Below, piece by piece: positions 25,686 through 39,550 of a stretch of DNA of 64,000 bases. The notes under the pieces are model-generated. The model had not been told where the DNA came from. It saw only the letters and a list, made by a program, of their open reading frames with translations, and ran no database searches. The number at the start of each line of letters is the position of its first letter. Positions within the stretch are counted from its first letter, which is position 1. Both the position numbers and the translations under genes were made by a program. The DNA comes from the human T2T-CHM13v2.0 reference genome, Homo sapiens, in assembly GCF_009914755.1 (NCBI RefSeq), contig NC_060929.1. One strand, 5' to 3'.

Positions 25686-28199
25686 TAATTTTTTATCATC
25701 TCAATGACTAAATTCTGCTATGAGTTTCAGGATGTTAGCTTTGTTGTATATCTAATTTAGCCTTTTCAATAAACCAAACCACTTGACAGGACATGATGAA
25801 AGCTGGGGCTTTCCATCTCCCCAGTGGAGGTGATTGATCAAGGATGTATTTCAGAATTCTCTTTGTTCATCCATGTACCTGAAAACCTTACTTTAACCTA
25901 ATGATATGAGCACTGAGAATATAGCCCTAAAACAAGTTCAATGCTAACACATTTCTTAGTTTGCTTTATACTTAATTATGGGAATACTACACTTAATTTA
26001 TGTTTGAAAAACACACTTCCACATAGTCTCAAATATAATACAATATTTTATTAAAAACCACTTCATCTCTAAGATGCTAAAAAGTAGACTTAATACTTTT
26101 TTAATCAAGTATTTTTTCTTCTACTTATATATATACTCCAGACATGATAATGACTATTACTAATAATACACAGCTAGTTTTAACACAATTCTTGATGTTA
26201 GAAGTGCAGGGCATTTTTCCATAATAAAGAATTTTGTGAAAGAGTTGCTTATCACATACTTTGATTTAAAATAAATAATAAGGGCCACGCATTACAGGAT
26301 GACTAATGCAGGGGAAAAATTTAAAAATAAAGAAATAATAAAAGGATATTTCTTTGGATACAACATTCTGGATAGTCTTTTATACTCAATGAAAGAGAAT
26401 AATAGAAAATTACATGACGATATTCATATCCAGCTTTTAGCTATTGGTCCTTTGATCTTTGGAGTGCATATTAAATTTTCTAATTTAAAACATGCTAAAT
26501 AACTTCTTATAGAAAATGGCAATGCCTGTATCTGATGAATATTACTTCTGAAAACTGATTGTAATTCAAAAGATGCTGTCTTATTCAAAGCGAGTATGTC
26601 CACTTAAAAATATGTATTTAATTGAATTTTAATTTAATCAACTTGAAGCTATGAATTTAGTGTCCCTGAAAGAAAGAGATTAAGGCTGAATAGAAAGAGG
26701 AGGTTTCCATCCTGCTTTGCTGGTACATTTAAGATTTCACCTGAAGGGGCCACCCTCTAGTTCACTGAACAATGCTTTCCGCATGGTTATTAAATCCCAA
26801 GGACGACAAAATAATAGGCTAGTGGATTTCACTTAGGACTTTCTTTAGCTCATTAAGTCTTGGGGTTTTCTTATGGAAAGTCAAACATGCTGTATTTTTC
26901 TTACAATAGGGCAATAGGTATACTGAGTTTGATAAAAGAACTACCACATATATCAAGTTGTAATTTTGGCTTAAAAAACATTTTTCTTAAAGAGCCAAAA
27001 ATATTGTCTAAATGCTAAAAAGTCACCATGGAAAAGTCCAGGCACAAAAAAATAAACACGCATGCTCATGCACACACACACACGGAAAAGAATATTCAGA
27101 GGTAAGTATTAGATACATAGAAACAAACTTTATAGTTTACCTGTGAAAAACATTCATTAAACTAAAACTCATCAAATTAATCATAAGACTATATTTAGCT
27201 TGCATGCTATAAGATTGTCTCTCATTTTATAAAACCATTGTCTGCCATCTAAAATGAATTACATAAATTTTTATCATTTCTTTTAATAATCAACTTTTGT
27301 GAGCCCAAACTTGGCAGGAAGTGATGTGGGAAATAACTTTATTTTGATAAGAAATAAATACCACATCATAACTGATTTAAAATAACTTTTTACTATTTCA
27401 ATAAGCTGTAATTTAAGTACTGAACCAATTATTCTGATATCACTAGAAAAAAGAAGAAATAGGTAGAAAATAGTTTATAAGGGACACATACTAGCAGTGA
27501 GTTCTTCAGCTGCAAAATCAATTAGATTCTAATGAAACCACTCCATATAAGCCAGGTAAAAAGTCCAGCTGCCAGGGAGACAAAGTGTCACAAACTATCA
27601 GTGAAGAGCAAACAATCAGTGAAATGCCAGTGGGAAAACAAACTTTCCTCTCTACCTCTAACTATGCAAACAGCAGAAATTTCAAAAGCTACAAAAGTGC
27701 ACCCCCACTGATAATGACAAAACAACAGAGTTGATTATTCAGAATGCCAGTGTAGAAAGCTTCAAAGTTTCCCGATAATATATAATCACTTCCCTTCATA
27801 ATGAAATGTTGACTTCTTTTGAGTTGTGTTTAATCCTTATCTTGGAAAATGTATAATATTTAAATAATATAATCACACACACTTCAAACACTCATTAAAT
27901 TCTTTTTGTTACAATTGGATGAAATAACTACACTATCAACAGCTATTTCAAAGTTAGCACAACAAACTTTGGTGATTGATAAAGAGTAATCATTGTAAGA
28001 ATGTGTTAGGCACTGAAGATTAAACTCAGTTCATCAGTTCAGATATGTAGTGCTCAAATATGGAAAAAAAAAGTCAGGAACAGGATGTATTAACGTTTTA
28101 TACATGATATTTAATTAGTATTTTTTAAATTCAGAGAATCAATAAAATGCAGGAAGCAGATCAGAAAACCAAGTGTGGCGAGATTGAGAACTTAGAATT

Positions 28200-28365
28200 A
28201 ACGCATTTTGAAAGCAAAAGAAAGCTTCAAATTTATTTTTATACAACTCTCATTTTGAAGATGAAGTAACGAAGGTCTTGAAGTGATGAATTTGGCTTTA
28301 TGCTGCAGTGGTAGTCGGAGTTAGGAACACATGCTTTGATTCTAGTTTAGTGTAATTTCCTTCTC
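28200..28365 (-). mobile_element. MIR/MIR3 fragment
   Basis: ctcattttgaagatgaagtaacgaagg core. Confidence 0.55.
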
Positions 28366-28959
28366 TCCTGTCCTGTCCCTTTGGAGCTTAATTTATCATC
28401 CCAAACTCTATAATTGCTATTGATCAACAGAGCAACAAATCGTGACGCACTCTCACATCTCTTCCACTTAATTCATTGCAGTTCAATTCTATATTTTGCT
28501 GGTGTCCTAGAAGTGCTAGTCACTCATAAAATAGTATGCTGTGCTTTCAGCCATGTATTGTTTTAGCAGTGATCAAATTTGGTCACAGTCAAGTGAAGTA
28601 CATGCAAGCTATATTTTTTATTATCTGTTTTTCAAAGTATGTTACTATGTTTTACTACATTTGAATGTCTTTTCTATATTTCTTAAATCAGAGCTCAATA
28701 ATATTTTCAATGTCTTTGCACTTTAGTGTAATGGGTAAATGTTTTTAAAATGTCTCATTTACTAGTGGAAGTTTGCAGACTAGACTTGCATGTATTTACT
28801 GGGGTATGGGGACAGAAATAAAGGGGTTCACTATTTTCAGACAGAGTCGAAAGGTTTATTTTTTTACAGTGAAACACTTTTGTTAAAAAAAGGAGAGTTT
28901 GTCAACATATTTCAGCTTCTTTTACAAGTGGTAGAATAAATATTTTTAATAAATTCAAG

Positions 28960-30310
28960 AACTAGTTTTTCCAAGCCCAGAAAAATCAAACTCTAGAATT
29001 TTGTAAGAATTTGCGGATGTCATTCTGAAGCCATTATCAATAATTTTTGAGAATGGTAATGTTTTGGAATTTTAGCAGAGAACTGAGATAAACAATATAC
29101 CTTCACGATCTCTCCCCATCCTCCACTTGTTTCTCTCAATATCAAAGAAACAAATTCTGTAAATTGCTAAGGTAATATAACACCAATATATGAAATAATT
29201 AGTAAAGTAAATCTCTAACAGAGGAATTTATTAGCATCAAGTCAAGCCAAATCTTATTCTCCTTTTATTTACAATAGCCTTACCAATCTTGCTTGTCTAA
29301 TAGATGGTCAAAAGTGTGTGGATTTTCCTTTCAACAAAGCAAATGATCAAGCGCTTTTCATAATATTACTTATAATTGTATAAATTTGAGGACAATATTA
29401 GATGACTAATAATATATATGTGTGGATTCAAAGCATGTTGAAAAGCAGTGTCCATTTTGTACTGATTAATGAATTACTCTAATTTGGAAGTTGTCTTACC
29501 ATAAGATACTGGCCCTTCCTTGTCAATAACCTAATCTATGATATTCATAGCATTTATAAAAGTGCTGCTTATCAGATTTTGTTCAAAATTAGATTACATA
29601 CATATTTGATGGTGAATTTTATATTTATAAAGTTCATGAGTGTCTTGAAAATCTCAGAAACAGCAAAATACTAATAATGAGAAAATTGGCATGAGTGGAT
29701 ATCGTAAAACACAGCTAAGGGTTAAATAAAAAAATAACCTTGATATACAAGAACTATGTAAATATCTGCTATAAATAAATGCAACTAATAACAAAATATA
29801 GCCCTCTTACCTAGATTATAAGTAGTTTAAGTAAAAGATGGCTAAGTGTTTAGCTGGATACAAGTTTAATGGAAGTTAACAGTGTAAAACATCTACTAAA
29901 ATAAAAAAAAAATAGAACTGCTATAGATATAGGACCAAGGCTGTATAGTACAAAGGTTGCAGTATAAAAGAAGTTATTTCTTCTTGTTTGTGTATGTTCT
30001 AGGAATCACATTTCAAGATAGGCATTAATTTAGTAAAGTACACTAAAAAAGCATTAAGAAGATAAACTCTGTAAAGTATATTACATGACCATTACTTAAG
30101 GGATCTGTGTCGAAATTTCATTACTTCTTATGGAAAATATAACATACAAAAATAAAGAATAATTTTAAAGCAATTAGTTCAATCCGAAAGTCAAATAAAT
30201 GATATAAAAATAATGGTATTACCGTCTCAAAGTTTTTAAGCAGAATAAATGGTTGTCATTAATGAATGCCATAGAATGAATTACTAAACTGGTAGTTGAA
30301 TTAAATCATA
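28960..30310 (+). mobile_element. L3/CR1 LINE ORF2 relic
   Basis: Translates PSPEKSNSRIL*EFADVILKPLSIIFE (CR1 PGPDxxHPRxLKELADVIxxPLSIIFE), followed in order by decayed FSKAFD, LING, LIKF and KLNMSQQC-like motifs. Confidence 0.7.
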
Positions 30311-30519
30311 TCAAGTTGCCATCTATTGTTGTCACCTATTTAACCCATGGCAACCTTCTCAAATTTAATATGTCAAGCAATTGATGTCACACCATTTCTT
30401 CCTGTATTAGTTCCTTCTCCTATGCAATTTCTCCCATGGAATTTTTACAGTTGTAGAGTGACAGCGTTGACCAAGGCCAGCTAGTCACTGTGATAACTCC
30501 ATATGTGATGCTATTATAA

Positions 30520-30925
30520 TGCTTGGTATTATGTCAATCAGAATATTCTCATTCTCTTTTGCCATTGTTTAGCCTATGGATGCATGTGTGACCAGTTCTA
30601 CCATTAATATACATAGAGAAGGCATGTGGGAGTTATTTTCTTCCCTAGTAAGGAAAAAGTCTAGTCCGAAAGGTATCCCTTTTTTCTTATCATATGAGTA
30701 CCTTACACGTGGCCACACTGTTTATAATTATATTGCCATATTGGAAACTGTTAGGATTGGTCAAGGGAATTGCAGAAATGCTGATACAGAGCCTCGATAT
30801 CACTGTGTTATCTAATCACATTTAGGACCAATAACTTCTAGACTATTGTTAAAGAAACCCTAAAAGTTATGTTTTGATTCACTTCTAGAAGATATTCTAT
30901 TTTGAATAGGAAAAAAATTAAATGG
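30520..30925 (+). mobile_element. Old ERVL LTR (LTR33/LTR16-like)
   Basis: gcatgtgtgaccagttct...tgccatattgga...acttctagactattgtta pattern. Confidence 0.45.
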
Positions 30926-31065
30926 TACATTATACAACAATTATATAACCAGAAGGTATGGTCAGTTTCATCAACAAAGAATAAATGGAGAAATAAGAAA
31001 TTACCTGTAACAGGAGTGTCTTGTATATACTAAAGAACAGAAAAATTCTTCTCTAAAAAGGTATA

Positions 31066-31451
31066 TAGTCACATACCACATAATGTTTTTGTCAGTGACA
31101 GACTGCATATACAATGGTAGCATAATTCAATGAAATTATAATGGATATGAAAAATGCCTATTGATAAGTGACATTGTAGCCACCTTAGTGTCCTAGCATA
31201 ACATTTTCTGTTTAAATATTTTAGATACACAAACACTTACTATTTTGTTACAATTGCCTACAGTATTCAGTATAGTAATATGCTATACAGGTTTGTAGCC
31301 TAGCAGTAATAGTCTATACCATAAAGCATAGGTCTGTAATAGACTATACCATCTAGGTTGGTGTAAGTACACTCTATGATGTTTGCACAACAAAATTGCC
31401 TAAGGACACATTCCCCAAAACCCATCCCAGTTGTTAATGAACACATGACTG
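31066..31451 (+). mobile_element. Tigger3-family (MER7) internally deleted DNA transposon
   Basis: TIRs tagtcacat.../...catgactg, TA TSDs, gttacaattgcctacagtattcagta, gtgtaagtacactctatgatg. Confidence 0.88.
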
Positions 31452-31459
31452 TATTAAAG

Positions 31460-32080
31460 ATCAGACCAGAATAGGAGCTATGCAGGTGCTGTGTATGTGT
31501 GGATATTTTATAGGGAAGGGGCAAGAGATTTCATGTGAGGGAGCTCTCAAGTAGTAAAGAGCATGGCTGTTAGGAGGTACTATAAGAAGGCCCTGGTGCC
31601 AGCTTCAAAAGGAAAAAGAGGAAGAGGAGAAGGAAGATTCAGTTTAAGGGTCCAATGAAGAGCTTTGCCATTTATATTTGGTGTTTATATTTTGTCCTAG
31701 AGCAACTGTAGCTTCTGAAAAGATGGTAGTGAGAGGATGGGGTCTACACAATCAGAATGTGTTATCACTATGTCATGTTGTGTGGAGAATGTTTGGAGTA
31801 GAAGGATTCAGAGTAGCTGTGAGTACATCTATTATAAGGCTACTGCAGGTATCCAGAGAAGGGATAATGGTAATTGTAACCTAGATTAGCACTGTGGTGA
31901 TGGCAATGGAAGTAATATGTTTGAAATGTGTTAACAATTAGGCAAAGCTTTGTGATGCAGGGTCTAAAACAGAAACAGAAGAGTTCAGAGGACTACTGGA
32001 TTTCTGACAGGATCGTTGTGTTAGTAATGACTTTAATTACTAAGACTGGCATAAATGAAGGAGAGACTGATTTGAGGTAT
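31460..32080 (-). mobile_element. L2 fragment
   Basis: Purine-rich L2 antisense pattern aggctactgcaggtatccagagaagggataatggt. Confidence 0.65.
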
Positions 32081-34543
32081 TTGGGTATTGTGTTGTCAGG
32101 TATTTACAGTATTAATCATTAGCAAATGAATGATAAAAATTAACATGATGAGTATGCATAAATGTTATTTTTAACCAAGACACATATTTGCAGGAGAGCT
32201 ACTTTTGTAAGTTTATTTCATTAATAAATAATTTCCTATTGTTCATTCTAATAGTAAGGGCTTGGATAAGGAATGTTGGCTAAATAAGGAATGCCTATAT
32301 TTAAAGCCACTGGGACCAACTAGTGAACAAGTATATGCTTAGACACATGCCTTGGGGCTCAAAGAAAGGAAAAATTATTCACCCTTAAGTCACTCTTTGA
32401 GGGTACTTTGTTTTCTCATGTACCACCTGCAAGGACCACCATCCTCCTTGACAACTGTCTTGACCCTGTCATATTCCTATATTTAATCAATAAGATTGTT
32501 ATTGCCAATTGTTCCTTCTCTTAGTGCCTTTTTACATGTTTTTTTTTCTTTTAATTCAGATTGGATACAGTTTGGTCAGATACTTCACAATTTCAATACA
32601 CCACCTCTAGAAAATCATTCAGTGGATTTATCATAATATTAAAGCTAATTGAATCTGATACATAAACAATCTTAATTTGGTTCACAGTTATCATTTCCAA
32701 TAAACTCTCCTTAATATGCTTTGCCAGATGTAAAAACTCACTAAATGCTTTCTTATGGAAACATGAACACATATATGTGTGTGTATTTGTGTCTTCACAT
32801 ACCTATGCTCATTGAATAAAGATTTTCTTAAATCCCTGCTTGCAATTTTATTGTACATTAAAATGTAGGGTTATTTTTGCAAAAATAATCTAAGGCCAAG
32901 TACATTTTTATACATTTCAAATGGTAAAAAGTATCATGAAACATTCATATTAATGATGTATAGATTAAGTGAAAATAAGAAAAGTCTTGATTGAAACACA
33001 TTTATTGAATTATTGAAGAACTAGATGTAAAATCCTGATTAATCACCAAACAACTTCAATACTTTAAGTAAACAAGGTTGATAGTTGCTTTCTATACATG
33101 TATATGTGCAAATAAATGGCTACTAAGTAAGAAAGTATTTTCTTTTGTTCTTAGGTTACATTTATTTCCTCTTAAATATTTTCAATGCTTCTATGACTGC
33201 TTATGTTTCATTACTTTCTACACAGTGTTTTCTCATACAGTTAAAATATTAAACCTGGGGGATCTGGCAAGATGGCCAAATAAGAACAGCTCTGGTCTGC
33301 AGCTCCCAGTGAGACCAATGCAGAAGGTGGGTGACTTCTGCATTTCCAACTGAGGTACCCAGTTCATCTCATCAAGACTGGTTATATAATGGGTGCAGCC
33401 CACGGAGGGTGAGCAGAAACAGGGTGGGGCTCTGTCTCACCTGGGAAACACCAGAGGCCAGGTAACTCTTTCCCCTTCCCAAGGGAAGCCTTGAAGGACT
33501 GTGCTGTGAGGGACTGTGCTATGTGGCCCAGATACTATGCTTTTCCCACAGTCTTTGCAACCCACAGACTAGGAGATTCCCTCGGATGCCTGCATCACCA
33601 GGGCCCTGGGTTTCAAGCACAAAACTGGGCAGCCGTTTGGGCAGACATCGAGCTAGCTGCAGGAGTTTGTTTTTTATACCCCAGTGGTGACTGGAAACCC
33701 AGTGAGACAGAACTATTTACTCCCCTGGAAAGGGGGCTGAAGCCAGAGAGCCAAGTAGTCTTGCTCAGCAGGTCCCACACCCACAGAGCCCAGCAAGCTA
33801 AGATCCACTGGCTTGAAATTCTCACTGCCAGCACAGTAGTCTGAAGTCAACCTAGGACAATTGAGCTCGGTGGGGGAAGGGGTGTCTGACATTACTGAGG
33901 CTTGAGTAGGTGGTTTTCCCCTCACAGTGTAAGCAAAACCTCCAGGAAGTTCAAACTGGGCGGAACCCACCACATTGTGGCAAAGCCACTGTAGCCAAAC
34001 TGCCTTTCTAGATTCCTCCTCTCTGGGCAAGCCTTCTCTGAAAGAAAGCCAGCAGCCCCAGTCAGGGGCTTATAGATAAAACTCCCATCTCCCTGGGACA
34101 GAGCACCTGAGGGAAGGGGTGGTTGTGGGCGCAGCTTCAGCAGACTTAAACATTCCTGCCTGCCAGCTCTGAAGAGAGCAATGGATCTCCCAGCACAGTG
34201 CTCAAGCTCTGCTAAGGGACAGAGTGCCTCCTTAAGTGGGTCCCTGACCCCTGTGCCTCCTGATTGGGAGATATCAGGGGTCAGCAGACACCTCATACAG
34301 GAGAGCTCTGGCTGGCAACTGGCAGGTGCCCCTCTGGGACGAAGCTTTCAGAGGAAGGAGCAGGCAGCAATCTTTACTGTTCTGCAGCCTGCACTGGTGA
34401 TACCCAGGCAAACAGGGTCTGGAGCGGGCCTCCAGCAAACTCCAGCAGACGTGTAGCAGAGGGCCTGTCTGTTAGAAGGAAAACTAACAAACAGAAAGCA
34501 ATAACATCAACATCAACAAAAAGGATACCCACGAGAAACTCCA

Positions 34544-34633
34544 TTCAAAGGTCATCAGCATCAAAGATCAAAGGTCATCAGCATCAAAGATCAAAGATCA
34601 AACATCAAAGGTCATCAGCATCAAAAACCAAAG
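34544..34633. repeat. Tandem expansion in the L1 5'UTR
   Basis: tcaaaggtcatcagca x3 interleaved with atcaaag units. Confidence 0.9.
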
Positions 34634-34648
34634 GATAAATCCACGAAG

Positions 34649-35665
34649 ATGAGGAAAAACCAGTGCAAAAAGGCTGAAAATGCCAAAAAGCAGAATACCA
34701 CTTCTCCTCCAAAGGATCACAACTCCTTGCCAGCAAGGGAACAAAACTGGATGGAGAATCAGTTTGATGAATTGAGAGAAGTAGGCTTCAGGAAATGGGT
34801 AATAACAAACTCCTCCAAGCTAAAGGAGCATGTTCTAACCCAATGCAAGGAAGCTAAGAACCTTGATAAAAGGTTGCAGGAACTGTTAACTAGAATAACC
34901 AGTTTAGAGAAGAACATAAATGACCTAATAGAGCTGAAGAATGCAGCATGAGAACTTTGCGAAGCATACACAAGTATTAATAGCTGAATTGATCAAGCAG
35001 AAGAAAGGATATCAGAGATTGAAGAACAACTTAATAAAGTGTAAAGACAAGATTAGAGAAAAAAGAATGGAAAGGAAAGAAACAAAGCCTCCAAGAAATA
35101 TGGGACTATGTGAAAAGACCAAACCTGTGATTGATTGATGTACCTGAAAGTGATGGGGAGATGGAACCAAGTTGGAAAACACACTTCAGGAAATTATCTA
35201 GGAGAAATTCCCCAACCTAGCAAGACAGGTTAACATTCAAATTCAGGAAATTCAAGGAACACCACTAAGATACTCCTCGAGAAGAGCAACCCCAAGACAC
35301 ATAATTGTCAGATTCACCAAGGTTGAAATGAAGGAAAAAATGTTAAGGGCAGCCAGAGAGAAAGGTCGGGTTACCCACAAAGGGAAGACCATCAGACTAA
35401 CAGCGGATCTCTTGGCAGAAACCCTACAAGCCAGAAGAGAGTGAGGCAATATTCAACATTCTTAGAAGAATTTTCAAAACATAATTTCATGTCTAGCCAA
35501 ACTAAGCTTCCTAAGTGAAGGATAAATAAAATCCTTTACAGATAAGCAAATGCTGAGGGATTTTGTCACCCTTAGGCCTACCTTACAAGAGCTCCTGAAA
35601 GAAGCACTAAAATATGGAAAGGAAAAACCAGTACCAGCCACTGCAAAAACATAACCAAAATGTAA
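34649..35665 (+). pseudogene. L1 ORF1p, disrupted
   Basis: MRKNQCKKAEN...PPKDHNSLPAREQNW; premature stop at 34951 and later frameshifts. Confidence 0.9.
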
Positions 35666-35725
35666 AGACTAATGACACTATGAAGAAACTGCATCAACTA
35701 ATGTGGAAAATAACCAGCTAGTCTC

Positions 35726-38700
35726 ATGATGACAGAATCAAATTCACATATAACAATATTAACCTTAAATGTAAATGGGCTATATGCCCCAATTAAAAAA
35801 CACAGACTGGTAAATTGGATAATCAGTCAAGGCCCATCAGTGTGCTGTATTCAGGAGACCCATCTCACGTACAAAGACACACATAGGCTTAAAATAAAGA
35901 GATGGAGGAACATTTACCAGGCAAATGAAAAGCAAAAAATCAGCAGTTGCAATCCTAGTCTCTGATAAAACAGACTTTAAACAAAGATAAAACAAACAAA
36001 CAAACAAACAAAGAAGGGCATTACATAATTGTAAAGGGATCAATGCAACAAGAAGAGCTAACTATCCTAAATATATTTGCACCCAATACAGGAGCACCCA
36101 GATTCATAAAGCAAGTTTTTAGAGACCCACAAAGAAACCTAGACTCCCACACAATAGTAGTGGGAGACTTTAACGCCCCACTGTCAATGTTAGACAGATC
36201 AATGAGACAGAAAATTAACAAGGATATTCAGGACTTGAACTCAGCTCTGGACCAAGCGGACCTAACAGACATCTACAGAACTCTCCTCCTCAAATCAACA
36301 GAATATACATTCTTCTCAGCACCACATAGCACTTATTCTAAAATTGACCACATAAATGGAAGTAAAGCACTCCTCAGCAAATGCAGTAGAATGGAAATCA
36401 TAACAAACAGTCTCTCAGACCACAGTGCAATCAAATTAGAACTCAGGATTAAGAAACACGTTCAAAACTGCACAACTACATGGAAACTGAACAACCTGCT
36501 CCTGAATGACTACTGGGTAAATAACAAAATTAAGGCAGAAATAAAGAAGCTCTTTGAAATCAGTGAAAGCAAAGATACAATGTACCAGAATCTCTGGGAC
36601 ACCGCTAAAGCAGTGTTTAGAGGGAAATTTATAGTACTAAATGCTCACATCAGAAAGAGGGAAAGATATAAAATCCACACCCTAACATCGCAATTAAAAG
36701 AACTAGAGAAGCCAGAGCAAACAAATTCAAAAGCTAGCAGAAGACAAGAAATAACTAAGATCAGAGCAGAACTGAAGGAGTTAGAAACACAAAAAATCCT
36801 TCGAAAAAATCTGAATCCAGGAGCTGGTGTTTTGAAAAGATTAACAAAAAGGATAGACTACTAGCCAGAATAATAAGAAGAAAAGAGAGAAGAATCAAAT
36901 AGATAAAATAAAAAATGATAAAAGGAATATCACCACTGATCCAACAGAAATACAAACTACCATCAGAGAACACTATAAACATTTATAGGTAAATAAACTA
37001 GAAAATCTACAAGAAATTGATAAATTCCTGGACACATACACCCTCCCAAGACTAAACAAGGAATAAGTCGATTCCCTAAATAGACCAATAACAAGTTATG
37101 AAAATGAGGCAGTAATTAATAGCTTAACAACCAAAAAAAGCCCAGGACCAGATGGAATCACAGCCGAATTCTACCAGAGATACAAAGAAGAGCTGGTACC
37201 ATTCCTTCTAAAACTATTTCAAGCAATAAAAAAAGAGGGGCTCCTCCCTAATTCATTTTATGAGGCCAGCATCATCCTGATGCCAAAACCTGGCAGAGAC
37301 ACAAGAAAAACAAAAGATTTCAGGCCCATATCTTTGATAAACATTGATGTGAAAATCCTCAATAAAATACTGGCAAGCTGAATCTAGCAGCACATCAAAA
37401 AAGCTTATCAACCACAATCAAGTCGGCTTCATCCCTGGGATGCAAGTCTCGTTCAACATACGCACATCAATAACGTTATCCATCACATAAACAGAACCAA
37501 TGACAAAAAACACAGTATTATCTCAATAGATGCAGAAAATTCCTTTGATAAAATTTAACACAACTTCATGCTAAAAACACTCAATAAATTAGGTATTGAT
37601 GGAACGTATCTCAAAATAATAAGAGCTATTTATGACAAACCGACAGTCAATATCATACTGCATGGGCAAGAGCTGGAAGCATTCCCTTTGAAAACTGGTC
37701 AAAAACAAGGATGTGCTCTCTCACCACTCCTATTCAACGTAGTACTGGAAGTTCTGGCCAGGACAATCAGGAAAGAGAAAGAAATAAAGGGTATTCAAAT
37801 AGGAAGAGAGGAAGTCAAATTGTCTCTATTTGCAGATGACATGATTGCATATTTAGAAAACCCCATCATCTTAGACCAAAATCTCCTTAAGCTGATAAGC
37901 AACTTCAGCAAAGTCTCAGGATACAAAATCAATATGCGAAAATTACAAGCATTCCTATACACCAATCATAGACAAACAGAGAGTCAAACCATGGGTGAAC
38001 TCCCATTCACAATTGCTACAAAGAGAATAAAATACCTAAGAATACAACTTACAAGGGATGTGAAGGACCTCTTCAAGGAGAACAAACCACTGCTCCAGGA
38101 AATAAGTGAAGACACAAACAAATGGTAAAACATTCCATGTTCATGGATAGGAAGAATCAATATCATGAAAATAGCCATACTGCCCAAAGTAATTTATAGA
38201 TTCAATGCTATTCCCATCAAGCTACCATTGACTTTCTTCACAGAATTAGAAAAAACTACTTCAAATTTCATATGGAACCAAAAAAGAGCCTGTATAGCCA
38301 AGACAATCCTAAACAAAAAGAACAAAGCTGGAGGCATCACGCTACCTGACTTCAAACTATACTACAAGGCTACAGTAACCAAAACAGCATGCGACTGGTA
38401 TCAAAACAGATATATAGACCAATGTAACAGAACAGAGGCCTCAGAAATAACACTATGCATCTACAACAATCTGATCTTTGACAAACCTGACACAAACAAG
38501 CAATGGGGAAAGGAGTCCCTATTTAATAAATGGTGAAAACTGGCTAGCCATATGCAGAAAACTAAGACTGGACCCCTTCCTTACACCTTCTACAAAAATT
38601 AATTTAAGATGGATTAAAGACTTAAATGTAAGACTTAAAACCATAAAAACCCTAGAAGAAAACCTAGGCAATACAATTCAGGACATAGGCATGGGCAAAG

Positions 38701-39550
38701 ACTTCATGACTAAAACACCCAAAAGCAATTACAACAAAAGCCAAAATTGACAAATGGGATCTAATTAAATAAACAGTTTCTTCAACAGCAAAAGAAACTA
38801 TCATCAGAGTGAACAGGCACCCTACAGAATGGGAGAAAATGTTTGCAATCTAGCCACCTGACAAAGGGCTAATATCCAGAATCTACAAGGAACTTAAACA
38901 AATTTATAAGAAAAAAACAAAGAACCCCATCAAAAAGTGGATAAAGAGTATGAACAGACACTTCTCAAAAGAAGACATCTATGTGGCTAACAAACGTGAA
39001 AAAAAGCTCATCCTCACTGGTCATTAGAGAAATGCAAATCAAAACCACAATGAGATACCATCTCACGCCAGTTAGAATGGTTTAATTGTCATTAAAAAGT
39101 CAGGAAACAACAGATGCTGGAGAGGATATGGAGAAATAGGAACGCTTTTACACTGTTGGTGGGAGTGCAAATTAGTTCAACCATGTGGAAGACAGTGTGG
39201 TGATTCCTCAAGTATCTAGAACCAGAAATACCATTTGACCCAGTAATTCCATTACTGGGTATATACCCAAAGGATTATAAATTATTATACTATGAAGGCA
39301 TATGCACACATATATTTATTGCAGCACTATTTACAATACCAAAGACTTGGAACAAGCCCAAATGCCCATCAATGATAGACTGATAAAGAAAATGTGGCAC
39401 ATATACACCATGGAATACTATGCACATATTAAAATTAATGAGTTCATGTCCTTTGCAGGGACATGGGTGAAGCTGGAAACCATCATTCTCAGCAAACTAA
39501 CATGAAAAGAAAACCAAACACTGCATTTTCCCACTCATAAGTGGAGTTGA
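35726..39550 (+). pseudogene. L1 ORF2p (endonuclease/RT), disrupted
   Basis: [39 protein letters not shown] and FADD motifs spread over several broken frames. Confidence 0.93.

Noticed and set aside
33257-34500. GC-rich region as a gene promoter or CpG island
   Set aside because: It is the L1 5'UTR and most CpGs have decayed; overlapping ORFs are UTR translations.
34544-34633. CRISPR-like repeat array
   Set aside because: Short units, no unique spacers, embedded in an L1 5'UTR, no cas genes, eukaryotic context.
36043-38536. 273-, 186- and 123-aa ORFs as functional RT/endonuclease genes
   Set aside because: They are fragments of one L1 ORF2 broken by stops and frameshifts.
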